Shown here: positions 23,926 to 30,961 of the stretch, in pieces
Layout of the letters: each line of letters starts with the position of its first letter
Numbering within the stretch: position 1 is the stretch's first letter
Virus record (IMG/VR): IMGVR_UViG_3300029880_000015
Direction: 5' to 3' (one strand)
DNA: 46,255 bases
Source: a virus
Notes under the pieces: model-generated
Told to the model about the DNA's origin: nothing
The model's database searches: none
What the model saw: the letters and a program-made list of their open reading frames with translations, nothing else
Made by a program: the position numbers and the translations under genes

Positions 23926-23995
23926 GTATCCACTAAGGTTGGTTTAGTGGCTTACTGCTCCGGGGTGGAGGTCGTGACTCCCTCCGGGGCGTTTA
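23926..23995 (+). ncRNA. Candidate ~70-nt small RNA with two hairpins
   Basis: Downstream of the orphan promoter. Hairpin 1 is CCACTAA-GGTTGGT-TTAGTGG (23930-50). Hairpin 2 is a GC-rich stem with a 1-nt bulge, CCGGGG(T)GGAG-GTCGTGA-CTCCCTCCGG (23960-87), followed by GGCGTTTA. Confidence 0.35.
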
Positions 23996-24151
23996 TGCCA
24001 AATTTGCTTCTTTTCTTCTGTAGTAGTCCAAGATAATTCTTGAGCATTCATCGACAATCCTTTGATTGTCCTCGGCTGTGTTGTCTTTGCAGTAATCATC
24101 ATGTATTCTGATTACCCCAGACCCCATTTTGATTGTTTTGATTACTGCCAT
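23993..24151 (-). CDS. Small hypothetical protein (52 aa, below the ORF-track cutoff)
   Basis: The ATG lies 7 nt after GAAGGGGGA. Sequence MAVIKTIKMGSGVIRIHDDYCKDNTAEDNQRIVDECSRIILDYYRRKEANLA. Confidence 0.5.
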   Translation of the reverse strand: MAVIKTIKMGSGVIRIHDDYCKDNTAEDNQRIVDECSRIILDYYRRKEANLA

Positions 24152-24189
24152 TGCAATTCCCCCTTCTACGATAGATTATGATGCTTCTT

Positions 24190-25011
24190 CTATTTTGCTT
24201 CTTCTGCAAAATGTTTCTCCATGAGATCGGCAATCATCAAGTATTCTTCGGCGATTTTGCCTTTTCTGGTATTTTTAACCTGTTCACGGAACTCTGGAAT
24301 TGTTCCATAGAAGCAGCCGCAAGATACTTTAACTTGTTTGTCCTTACATCTGAAGAATGTAGTTGTGCGGAATTGAGTACCGAATCCATGAATAGTTGCG
24401 TAATCTGCATTGCCGGACACCCTTGCATTGCCGGACACCCTTGCATTGCCGGACACCCTTGCATTGCCGAACACCTCTGCATTGCCGGACACCCATGCAT
24501 TGTCGAACACCCTTGCATTGTCGAACACCCTTGCATTGCCGAACGCCCATGCATTGCCGAACACCCTTGCATTGCCGGACACCCTTGCATTGCCGGACAC
24601 CCTTGCATTGCCGAACACCTCTGCATTGCCGAACACCCTTGCATTGCCGAACACCCATGCATTGTCGAACACCCTTGCATTGTCGAACACCCTTGCATTG
24701 CCGGACACCCATGCATTGCCGGACACCCTTGCATTGCCGAACACCTCTGCATTGCCGAACACCTCTGCATTGCCGAACACCCATGCATTGTCGAACACCC
24801 TTGCATTGCCGGACACCCTTGCATTGCCGAACACCTCTGCATTGCCGAACACCCATGCATCGCCGGACTGGTTTACATTTTCTTTTTTTTCTACCCATCC
24901 GCCAGTTTCTCCGGCTTCTACATTCCCAAATGATATGAGCGCCTTGATTCGAAAAAGCTTCTTCCCGAAAATGTTAATTTTGGTTTCTGATGTTAATTCA
25001 AATTTCTTCAT
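24190..25011 (-). CDS. Hexapeptide-repeat (beta-helix) protein with unique N- and C-terminal domains
   Basis: 273 aa with AAGGAGGAAAAC SD. About 26 tandem (G/D)NA(R/W/E)V(F/S) hexapeptides lie between an N-terminal ~50 aa (MKKFELTSETKINIFGKKLFRIKALISFGNVEAGETGGWVEKKENV) and a C-terminal ~70 aa (...CGCFYGTIPEFREQV...). Confidence 0.8.
   Translation of the reverse strand: MKKFELTSETKINIFGKKLFRIKALISFGNVEAGETGGWVEKKENVNQSGDAWVFGNAEVFGNARVSGNARVFDNAWVFGNAEVFGNAEVFGNARVSGNAWVSGNARVFDNARVFDNAWVFGNARVFGNAEVFGNARVSGNARVSGNARVFGNAWAFGNARVFDNARVFDNAWVSGNAEVFGNARVSGNARVSGNARVSGNADYATIHGFGTQFRTTTFFRCKDKQVKVSCGCFYGTIPEFREQVKNTRKGKIAEEYLMIADLMEKHFAEEAK
24404..24870. repeat. Tandem 18-bp repeat array, about 26 units (coding)
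   Basis: Plus-strand unit gcattgcc(g/a)(g/a)acacc(c/t)(t/a/c)t, repeated head to tail. All six frames lack stop codons across the array. Confidence 0.95.
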
Positions 25012-25077
25012 GTTTTCCTCCTTAATTACTGTGAAGTTACAGATTCTTTCTTATCTGATTCTTGCTCCAGATTATTC

Positions 25078-25306
25078 TCAGAAAAAACTTTCCGTCTTCT
25101 TCTCAAATAATGTCTTGCCATTCAGATTAGCTCGAAGCTCATATTTATGATCTTGATATTGACTCTCTTGAAGAATCTGGGCTAAAATGTCGTTTGGAGT
25201 AACCAATTGACATGTAAAAGTAGCTTGCGGACATTGAAGTTGTGACTCAATATCTGATATTCTCTTTTCAAGAGAACGGATCTTTTTCCTGGTTGATTTT
25301 TTTCAC
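25078..25306 (-). pseudogene. Small coiled-coil ORF split by a frame change at an A7 run (frameshift, sequencing error or slippage)
   Basis: GAAAGGAGAAAGGC-GTG-AAAAAAA: the GTG frame stops after 12 codons. The adjacent frame is open for 73 codons (KKSTRKKIRSLEKRISDIESQLQ...TESFF) but has no start codon of its own. Confidence 0.3.
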
Positions 25307-25371
25307 GCCTTTCTCCTTTCTGCTGATAAAATTTCGTGTTATACTCTCCTTTGGAAAGGAGGAATTTGCTA

Positions 25372-25616
25372 TGCCCGATAATTTTGGTTTAAGTTACAGT
25401 GAACTTTCAGAAATCCGTACTATCAATCCAGAACTGGCAGCACACAATATTGCTTTAGCTTATATCCAAGTAACTGCACAAGTTAATAAATTAAACAGCG
25501 AAGATGAAGTTAATTCTTCTGATGTACTGTCACTGTCCAACCAGTATGTACAAGCCTATAACTATGCTTATAATTTTGTCGTTCATGAAAATAAGATTAT
25601 AAACGAGGCTGAATAG
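25372..25616 (+). CDS. Hypothetical protein (plus-strand moron in the early region)
   Basis: 81 aa. The ATG lies 8 nt after GGAAAGGAGGAA, with TGTTATACT (extended -10) upstream. Its 3' end overlaps a convergent minus-strand gene by 20 nt. Confidence 0.6.
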
Positions 25617-25824
25617 TATTTATTAAGGTGTCTTGACTCCGCTTATACATTTCTTCCATAACAGAGTCCAGATGCTTACGGGCAACTTTGCTTTCTGCGA
25701 TTGTCAATTCTCCCATTGCCATTACGCAATTTTCTACTGCCTTGAGAATCTTTTCTTTATCATATCCAAGCATCTCAAAAGCATAGTCCGTAAGTCCGGC
25801 GATTGATTTTCCTTCCATCTTCAT
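25597..25824 (-). CDS. Hypothetical protein
   Basis: Start MKMEGKSIAG at 25824 after AAAGGAG. The longer ORF-track version would overlap the cro-like gene. Confidence 0.55.
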   Translation of the reverse strand: MKMEGKSIAGLTDYAFEMLGYDKEKILKAVENCVMAMGELTIAESKVARKHLDSVMEEMYKRSQDTLINTIQPRL

Positions 25825-25834
25825 ACACTCCTTT

Positions 25835-26047
25835 CTACTTAACTTCTGGCAACCTTGGTTCAAGAAACTTGTCGGTCCCAACGGATAACGCCCCACAAAT
25901 TAGTTCGTATTCATCGAAATCTAATCTGCGATTTCCATTGAGAGAAAGATTGAGTTTCTGAACAGGAATTCCAGTTCTGTTGGCGACAAATGTCTGTGTT
26001 ATGCCGTTGTTTTCAAGGTATGACTTGATTTTCTTACCAACGCACAT
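25835..26047 (-). CDS. Cro-like XRE-family HTH protein
   Basis: 70 aa. IKSYLENNGITQTFVANRTGIPVQKLNLSLNG is an HTH_3 pattern. The gene is divergent from the repressor gene. Confidence 0.8.
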   Translation of the reverse strand: MCVGKKIKSYLENNGITQTFVANRTGIPVQKLNLSLNGNRRLDFDEYELICGALSVGTDKFLEPRLPEVK

Positions 26048-26073
26048 TCTTCATTTCTCCTTTCTGTTTGAAT

Positions 26074-26147
26074 TTCGTTCCTATCGAACAATTATAGTAT
26101 AACTTCGAAATATCCGAATGTCAAGAAGAAGTTTCGAAAAAATCGAA
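26074..26147. promoter_or_regulatory. Genetic-switch operators: three TTCG-N7-CGAA palindromes plus divergent promoters
   Basis: Sites at 26074-88, 26104-18 and 26133-47, with centres 30 and 29 bp apart. TTGACA (26157-62) and TATTAT serve the plus-strand repressor. A minus-strand TATAAT (26091-96) serves cro. Confidence 0.6.
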
Positions 26148-26209
26148 ATTATTTTATTGACAGTCCGAAATTTTTATATTATTATTAGTTATGAAGGGAG
26201 GAAACGATA

Positions 26210-26554
26210 ATGACATTTGGCGAGAAAGTCAAGCAAGCCAGAACGGTAAAGAAGCTGACCCAGAAACAACTTGCAGAAAAAATCAATGCAAAGCACAATT
26301 CAATTAGTGACTGGGAAAAAGATAAGTGTAAGCCAGACATGGACACTATTGAACTTCTATGTGGCGTTTTGGAAGTAACACCGACATACCTCATGGGTTC
26401 TAAAAGCGATGATGATTATGCAACCATAATTGGAAATCTTATGTCGGAACCTGACATCTTAGATTTTATCGAGGAATACAAAGCACTCGATAAAGAAGAT
26501 AAGAAAGCAATAAAACAAATAGTTTCATCGCTAAACAAAAGGAGCAAGGGTTAA
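26210..26554 (+). CDS. CI-like XRE-family repressor (no S24 peptidase domain)
   Basis: 114 aa with GGGAGGAAACGATA SD. FGEKVKQARTVKKLTQKQLAEKINAKHNSISDWEKDK is an HTH_3 pattern. Confidence 0.8.
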   Translation: MTFGEKVKQARTVKKLTQKQLAEKINAKHNSISDWEKDKCKPDMDTIELLCGVLEVTPTYLMGSKSDDDYATIIGNLMSEPDILDFIEEYKALDKEDKKAIKQIVSSLNKRSKG

Positions 26555-26667
26555 TCCCCTTGCTTCTTTGATTTCAGATATTTAATAAGAATCGTATAGA
26601 CAAATTTTAACTTGCCCTCATTTTCAGTATTCTCTATCATTTCAATAATTTCCTTTTTGTAATCCAT
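26551..26667 (-). CDS. 38-aa hypothetical protein
   Basis: The ATG lies 7 nt after GGAGGGA. Sequence MDYKKEIIEMIENTENEGKLKFVYTILIKYLKSKKQGD. Its 3' end overlaps the repressor stop. Confidence 0.4.
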   Translation of the reverse strand: MDYKKEIIEMIENTENEGKLKFVYTILIKYLKSKKQGD

Positions 26668-26733
26668 TTTCCGTCCCTCCAATATCACGCAAGCAAGAAC
26701 ATTTGTTCTCTTTTATTCCATTATACCCTCTTC

Positions 26734-27057
26734 TCAGCGATATAGAACGGACTGGATCATACTTCTTGCCCTCTGCTTAAAAAGTGTTCCCTCCATTTGT
26801 CTTGAACGATTGAAAAAGAAATGACATGTACATTCCGCAGAAATATTGTTGCTTTTCTTCACAACAAATGACTGCTGCTCTGCTTCAGATACAACCGCCT
26901 GTGTATAATTATGTATCACATATTGATTGTTGGCACTTGTCTTAATAATCACTTCGGAATCTGTTGGATCAATACTCTCACATAGCGGCGCATGCACAGA
27001 AAATGTGAGCATTATTCCGAACAGAAAAAATATAACCAGCTTTTTTATTCCTTTCAT
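26734..27057 (-). CDS. Small secreted protein (signal peptide)
   Basis: 107 aa with GGGAGGA SD. MKGIKKLVIFFLFGIMLTFSVHA is a signal-peptide-like N-terminus. It has its own extended -10 (TGTATAAT) upstream. Confidence 0.6.
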   Translation of the reverse strand: MKGIKKLVIFFLFGIMLTFSVHAPLCESIDPTDSEVIIKTSANNQYVIHNYTQAVVSEAEQQSFVVKKSNNISAECTCHFFFNRSRQMEGTLFKQRARSMIQSVLYR

Positions 27058-27185
27058 AAAATTCCTCCCAAATTAGTTTATATTATACTCTCAATATAAC
27101 AATTATACAATATCTCAATCTTGCACAAATTTTCTTACATTAATGCTGTATTTGACGAAAATCGAGAAAATTCTACTTTTTTCGT

Positions 27186-27932
27186 TCAGTCGTCCCAGAT
27201 TGAGCGCTGTCCGTTTATCATATAGATTTCGTCCTGGAGATACAGGGGTGCGTCATATCGTGCGATCACGTTCAAGGCAGAGTCACACTGGTTTCGCTTG
27301 ATTGACTTGTAGGAGCGCACACGGAAGTTCGCTTTTAAGTCTGCATAGATGTTACTGTATACTCGCTGCCTCATTGACCTGTCTTGGTATGCGTTCGAGC
27401 CTTTTCCACCTAGGATATCCACGCCACGCTTGCGTACTGCCTCTGTGATCCTGTCGGCTTCAATTGGAAGGATTGGCAAATCAAATTCCAGGCGTTCAAG
27501 TTCCTGCCGGACAATATCCACTTTCTTCTCAACCTGGGTTACTCTCTTATCTACTACGATAACGGCTTGCAGTTCTTTGGAAATGCCAGAAAGGGCAAGT
27601 TCGTTTCTCTTCTGGAAATATTCATCCACCAGAGCGTCATATACATCCCACGCCTTGTCAGTGTTTAATGACTTTGCGTGAAGAAAAGCACCTTTCTGTG
27701 TCCAAAGGTAGAGTTTGTTGAGTCTTGACGAATCGTCAAAATGACGTTTCGTTTTAAACTCTTTTAATTCTTCACCCTCAAGGTAAATAAAATGTTTGCC
27801 CTCAATGTATCTTTCTTTATTTCTGCTGAAATTTTTTTAAATAATTTTAGTATCAGTTTCGTATGCTTCCGCAATCTGCTGTGTAGTAAGAACTAAAGTT
27901 CCATTAAATTCAACTTTTTGTAATCCGTTCAT
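27186..27932 (-). pseudogene. ORF6N/ORF6C-type antirepressor-like gene interrupted by one in-frame TAA
   Basis: ATG at 27932 gives MNGLQKVEFNGTLVLTTQQIAEAYETDTKII-TAA(27837-39)-KNFSRNKERYIEGKHFIYLEGEELKEFK...WDVYDALVDEYFQKRN.... Both halves are in the same frame and together match the ORF6N+ORF6C layout. Confidence 0.6.
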
Positions 27933-27961
27933 AATTTTTTTATCCTTTCTATAAAAAAATA

Positions 27962-27990
27962 TTGATTTTTTACGGAAAGTGTGTTATCAT
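27962..27990 (+). promoter_or_regulatory. Strong plus-strand promoter facing into the RHH gene
   Basis: TTGATT (27962-67), a 17-nt spacer ending in TGT, then TATCAT (27985-90), with an A/T-rich upstream region. No plus-strand ORF lies downstream. Confidence 0.55.
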
Positions 27991-28052
27991 ACAGACACTC
28001 GTGAAAGAGTGATTTATAAAAATAACACAACTTTCCATAAGGGCATATTGGT

Positions 28053-28217
28053 CTATGCCTTGGTAAGTTTTGCTTGTGCGACAATTCCACGGCGCACAAT
28101 TTCGGCTTTAGATACGCCCTGTTTGCGCGCTGTGGTGACAAGCAAATCATAAATTTCCTGTTCCATTCTGATTTGGAAATATGTGTTTTTTGTAATCTCT
28201 TTTTTAGGTCTACCCAT
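28053..28217 (-). CDS. Ribbon-helix-helix (Arc/CopG-like) protein, 54 aa (below the ORF-track cutoff)
   Basis: The ATG lies 5 nt after AAAGGAG. Sequence MGRPKKEITKNTYFQIRMEQEIYDLLVTTARKQGVSKAEIVRRGIVAQAKLTKA. It replaces the implausible 27929..28270 ORF in another frame. Confidence 0.6.
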   Translation of the reverse strand: MGRPKKEITKNTYFQIRMEQEIYDLLVTTARKQGVSKAEIVRRGIVAQAKLTKA

Positions 28218-28241
28218 AGTCTCCTTTCTGTCGTAAATTCC

Positions 28242-28270
28242 ATTTTATTGTAATGACAACTAAATGTCAA
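28242..28270 (-). promoter_or_regulatory. Promoter with embedded palindromic operator for the RHH2/antirepressor unit
   Basis: Minus strand: TTGACA (28265-70), a 17-nt spacer, then TAAAAT (28242-47). The palindrome TGACA-N6-TGTCA (28254-69) overlaps the -35 and spacer. Confidence 0.55.
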
Positions 28271-28305
28271 TTTACTCTAAGTATATAAATTATTGTAATT
28301 GGTTA

Positions 28306-28343
28306 GGTGCCCGCTTTTATGCAGGCACCATTTTCTTATTTTA
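28306..28343 (+). terminator. Plus-oriented rho-independent terminator
   Basis: GGTGCC-cgcttttatgca-GGCACC followed by ATTTTCTTATTTT. The minus-strand reading has no U-tract. Confidence 0.55.
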
Positions 28344-28533
28344 TGCTCTTTTCAAGCATATTCTTGATTTCGATAATTTCCTGCAAGATTCTATCTTCCT
28401 TATCTGCACGAATGTCTCCATCAATTAATCTTCGGATATAGTCGTTTTTGCTCACCCCCATTTCCTTTGCCTTTTCACCAACAAAATCAATTTGTTCCTC
28501 TGTGAGTCTTAACGTAAATGTTTTGATACTCAT
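28336..28533 (-). CDS. Ribbon-helix-helix (CopG/Arc/Mnt-like) protein, 65 aa
   Basis: Start MSIKTFTLRLTEEQIDFVGEKAKEMGVSKNDYIRRLI at 28533 after GAAAGGAGAAG. The longer ORF-track N-terminus is unlikely to be translated. Confidence 0.65.
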   Translation of the reverse strand: MSIKTFTLRLTEEQIDFVGEKAKEMGVSKNDYIRRLIDGDIRADKEDRILQEIIEIKNMLEKSIK

Positions 28534-28553
28534 TGGCTTCTCCTTTCTTTTAT

Positions 28554-28607
28554 GAAGTCGTATTGACTTCTTGTGTTTAATATAGCATGAAGTCATTTAG
28601 AAGTCAA
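28554..28607 (-). promoter_or_regulatory. Promoter and GAAGTC-repeat operators upstream of RHH gene 1
   Basis: Minus strand: TTGACT (28602-07), a 17-nt spacer, then TATATT (28579-84). Inverted repeat GAAGTC-N5-GACTTC at 28554-70. Direct GAAGTCA copies at 28589-95 and 28600-06, 11 bp apart. Confidence 0.55.
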
Positions 28608-28714
28608 GTATTATTTTTGTCGAAATCTGTCGAGTTATTATAAATTATTATGTTTTATTTTATTTTGCGCTGTGGTACAATCAGATAAAATAAACCATAT
28701 GAGGAGGATTTTCT

Positions 28715-29251
28715 ATGGAAAAGACCAAAAAGTGCAAATATTGCAAAACAGAGATTCCGGCAGACGCTAAAGTGTGTCCGCAGTGCCGGAAGAAATTAAA
28801 AGGTGGAAAGTTTAAGTGGATTCTGCTTACCCTTATCATCCTTTGTGCTATAGGTGCGGTGACAGGCGGAAGTAATAGTAATTCCAGTACGAAATCTACA
28901 AATTCTACATCAAGTAAAAAAGAAGATATACCAAAAGAATACACTTCCGTATCAGTTAATGATATGATGGCAGATCTTGATAACAATGCCATGGGAGCGT
29001 CTGATAAATACAAAGATAAATATCTTGAAATTACTGGAAAACTTACAAACATTGACGCTTCTGGAAAGTATATTGACTTGATGGCTGATGGAGACTTTGA
29101 GATTATCGGAGTTCAATGCTACATAAAAAATGATGAACAAAAAACAAAAGTAGCTTCCATGACCAAAGGAGAGACAGTTACTTTAAAAGGGAAATGTACA
29201 GATGTTGGAGAAGTCTTTGGATATTCTCTTGATATTGATGAAATAGAATAA
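28715..29251 (+). CDS. Zinc-ribbon / TM / OB-fold-like membrane protein (prophage-expressed moron)
   Basis: 178 aa with GAGGAGGA SD. CKYCKTEIPADAKVCPQCR, TM segment WILLTLIILCAIGAV, a Ser/Asn-rich linker, and a C-terminal domain resembling the tRNA_anti-like OB fold. Confidence 0.65.
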   Translation: MEKTKKCKYCKTEIPADAKVCPQCRKKLKGGKFKWILLTLIILCAIGAVTGGSNSNSSTKSTNSTSSKKEDIPKEYTSVSVNDMMADLDNNAMGASDKYKDKYLEITGKLTNIDASGKYIDLMADGDFEIIGVQCYIKNDEQKTKVASMTKGETVTLKGKCTDVGEVFGYSLDIDEIE

Positions 29252-29271
29252 ATAATAAAAAAGCCGGCTCC

Positions 29272-29304
29272 TGCGACCAACAGGAACCGGTTTTAATAAA
29301 TAAG
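29272..29304 (+). terminator. Rho-independent terminator
   Basis: GCCGGCTCCTG-cgaccaa-CAGGAACCGGT followed by TTTTA. Confidence 0.6.
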
Positions 29305-29386
29305 ATAATCCGGAGAAAATCTTACCTACACCATAATTATATCATCTCCTGGATTATCGCACAAGTAAAAAAAGGAGAATGATAAA

Positions 29387-30961
29387 ATGAATGAATCAGT
29401 ATGCATCTATCTAAGGAAATCCAGAGCCGATCGGGAAGCTGAGGCGCACGGAGAGGGCGAAACGCTTGCCAGGCATGAACGGATCTTGTTAGATCTTGCA
29501 AAGAAAAAAGAGTACATTGTAGGTGCAATTTACCGCGAAGTGGTATCTGGAGAAACTATCGCCGACCGTCCTGTCATGCAGCAACTTCTGCATGAGGTAG
29601 AATCCGGTATGTGGGATGGCGTTCTGGTTGTGGAAGTGGAACGTCTTGCCAGAGGTGATACAATTGACCAAGGTGTTGTGTCAAGGGCTTTCCAGTATTC
29701 TGACACGAAAATTATTACCCCCACAAAAATATATGATCCAAACAATGAATTTGATGAAGAATATTTTGAGTTTGGGCTATTTATGAGCCGCAGAGAGTAT
29801 AAAACCATCAAGCGCCGACTGAACGCTGGAAGAATCTCATCGGTCAAAGAGGGGAAATACTGTGGTAACAAACCACCTTACGGATACGAAAGAGTAAAAC
29901 TCGAAAAAGAAAAAGGCTATACTCTCCGACCTGTTCCGACTCAAGCTGAGATTGTAAAAATGATCTACACCTGGTATTCCGGTGATGGCTGCGAACAAAT
30001 CGGAGTTGCGAAGATTGCACGGAAATTAAATGAAATGGGAATAGAATCTGCACTGGGCGGTGACTGGACTCCTGCCAGTATACAGGGAATTCTGACAAAT
30101 CCGGTATACATCGGAAAAATACGATGGAATGGGAGAAAAACAGTGAAGACTATACAGAATGGTCAAGTAATTAAGACACGCCCTCGATCAAAAGATACTC
30201 TTATTTGTAATGGATTACATCCGGCTGTTATATCAGAAGATCTGTATAATTCCGTCCAGGAAATACGAAAAAAGAACCCGCCTCGCCCAGTTAGTATAGC
30301 AAACTCGATTCGTAATCCACTTGCCGGAATTGTCTATTGCAGCAAATGTGGTCGCGCCATGGTTCGCCGCCCTTATCAAAAGCGCAGGCAGGAAGATACC
30401 CTCATGTGTCCTTATACATCTTGCCCCACAGCAAGCAGCAAGTTGTCTTTGGTTGAAAAATCTGTGATTGATGGAATTAGGGAGATTGTGGAGGAATATA
30501 AGTTAAACAATGATATTAATGCATCTTCAAAGGATATTGATTGCGTAATAACCTCTAAACAAAATCTCATACATGAGAAAGAAAACGAGCTGGAAAGCTT
30601 GAACTCTCAGAAAGCAAAACAATACGACCTACTCGAACAGGGTATCTATACCACGGAGATTTTTCTTGAACGTGCTAAAACAATATCCGCATCTATCCAG
30701 TCATGCTCCGACACTATAGAAAAATTAAAAGAAGAAATCAAGCATGACGAGAACATTATAAAACAACGGTCGGATTTTATCCCACGTTGCGAAGAGCTAC
30801 TTGATAACTATTGGGGCCTTGACACGGAATCCAAGAATAAAATGCTTAAGAGTTTAATCGAAAAGGTTACATACTCAAAAGATACCAAAAACGCTTACGG
30901 GAAAGGCAATGAGATTGGTTTTCAGCTCGACATTTTCCCCAAAATCCAGAAAAATAATTAA
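29387..30961 (+). CDS. int: Large serine recombinase (integrase)
   Basis: 524 aa. N-terminal resolvase domain (VCIYLRKSRAD...VVEVERLARGD), a recombinase domain, a zinc ribbon (YCSKCGRAM...CPYTSCP) and a C-terminal coiled coil. Confidence 0.9.
   Translation: MNESVCIYLRKSRADREAEAHGEGETLARHERILLDLAKKKEYIVGAIYREVVSGETIADRPVMQQLLHEVESGMWDGVLVVEVERLARGDTIDQGVVSRAFQYSDTKIITPTKIYDPNNEFDEEYFEFGLFMSRREYKTIKRRLNAGRISSVKEGKYCGNKPPYGYERVKLEKEKGYTLRPVPTQAEIVKMIYTWYSGDGCEQIGVAKIARKLNEMGIESALGGDWTPASIQGILTNPVYIGKIRWNGRKTVKTIQNGQVIKTRPRSKDTLICNGLHPAVISEDLYNSVQEIRKKNPPRPVSIANSIRNPLAGIVYCSKCGRAMVRRPYQKRRQEDTLMCPYTSCPTASSKLSLVEKSVIDGIREIVEEYKLNNDINASSKDIDCVITSKQNLIHEKENELESLNSQKAKQYDLLEQGIYTTEIFLERAKTISASIQSCSDTIEKLKEEIKHDENIIKQRSDFIPRCEELLDNYWGLDTESKNKMLKSLIEKVTYSKDTKNAYGKGNEIGFQLDIFPKIQKNN

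Larger units (their letters stand above)
27997..28343 (+). ncRNA. Candidate ~345-nt antisense RNA covering RHH gene 2 and its promoter
   Basis: Bounded by the promoter at 27962-27990 and a plus-oriented terminator at 28306-28343. Only very short plus-strand ORFs lie inside it. Confidence 0.35.

Noticed and set aside
24404-24870. Possible CRISPR array or DGR variable/template repeat.
   Set aside because: The units are contiguous 18-mers with no spacers and lie inside a coding frame. No reverse transcriptase and no second (template) copy exists anywhere in the window.
24178-25150. Five additional long ORFs on both strands across the repeat array (24178..24933+, 24396..24938+, 24410..25150+, 24237..24860-, 24344..24898-).
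   Set aside because: They exist only because the 18-bp unit lacks stop codons in every frame. Only 24190..25011(-) has an SD and start, non-repetitive flanking domains, and the orientation of the surrounding operon.
27929-28270. The 113-aa minus-strand ORF from the track.
   Set aside because: It has an implausible composition and no SD. It spans an intergenic promoter region, and the same DNA encodes a well-formed 54-aa RHH protein with an SD in another frame.
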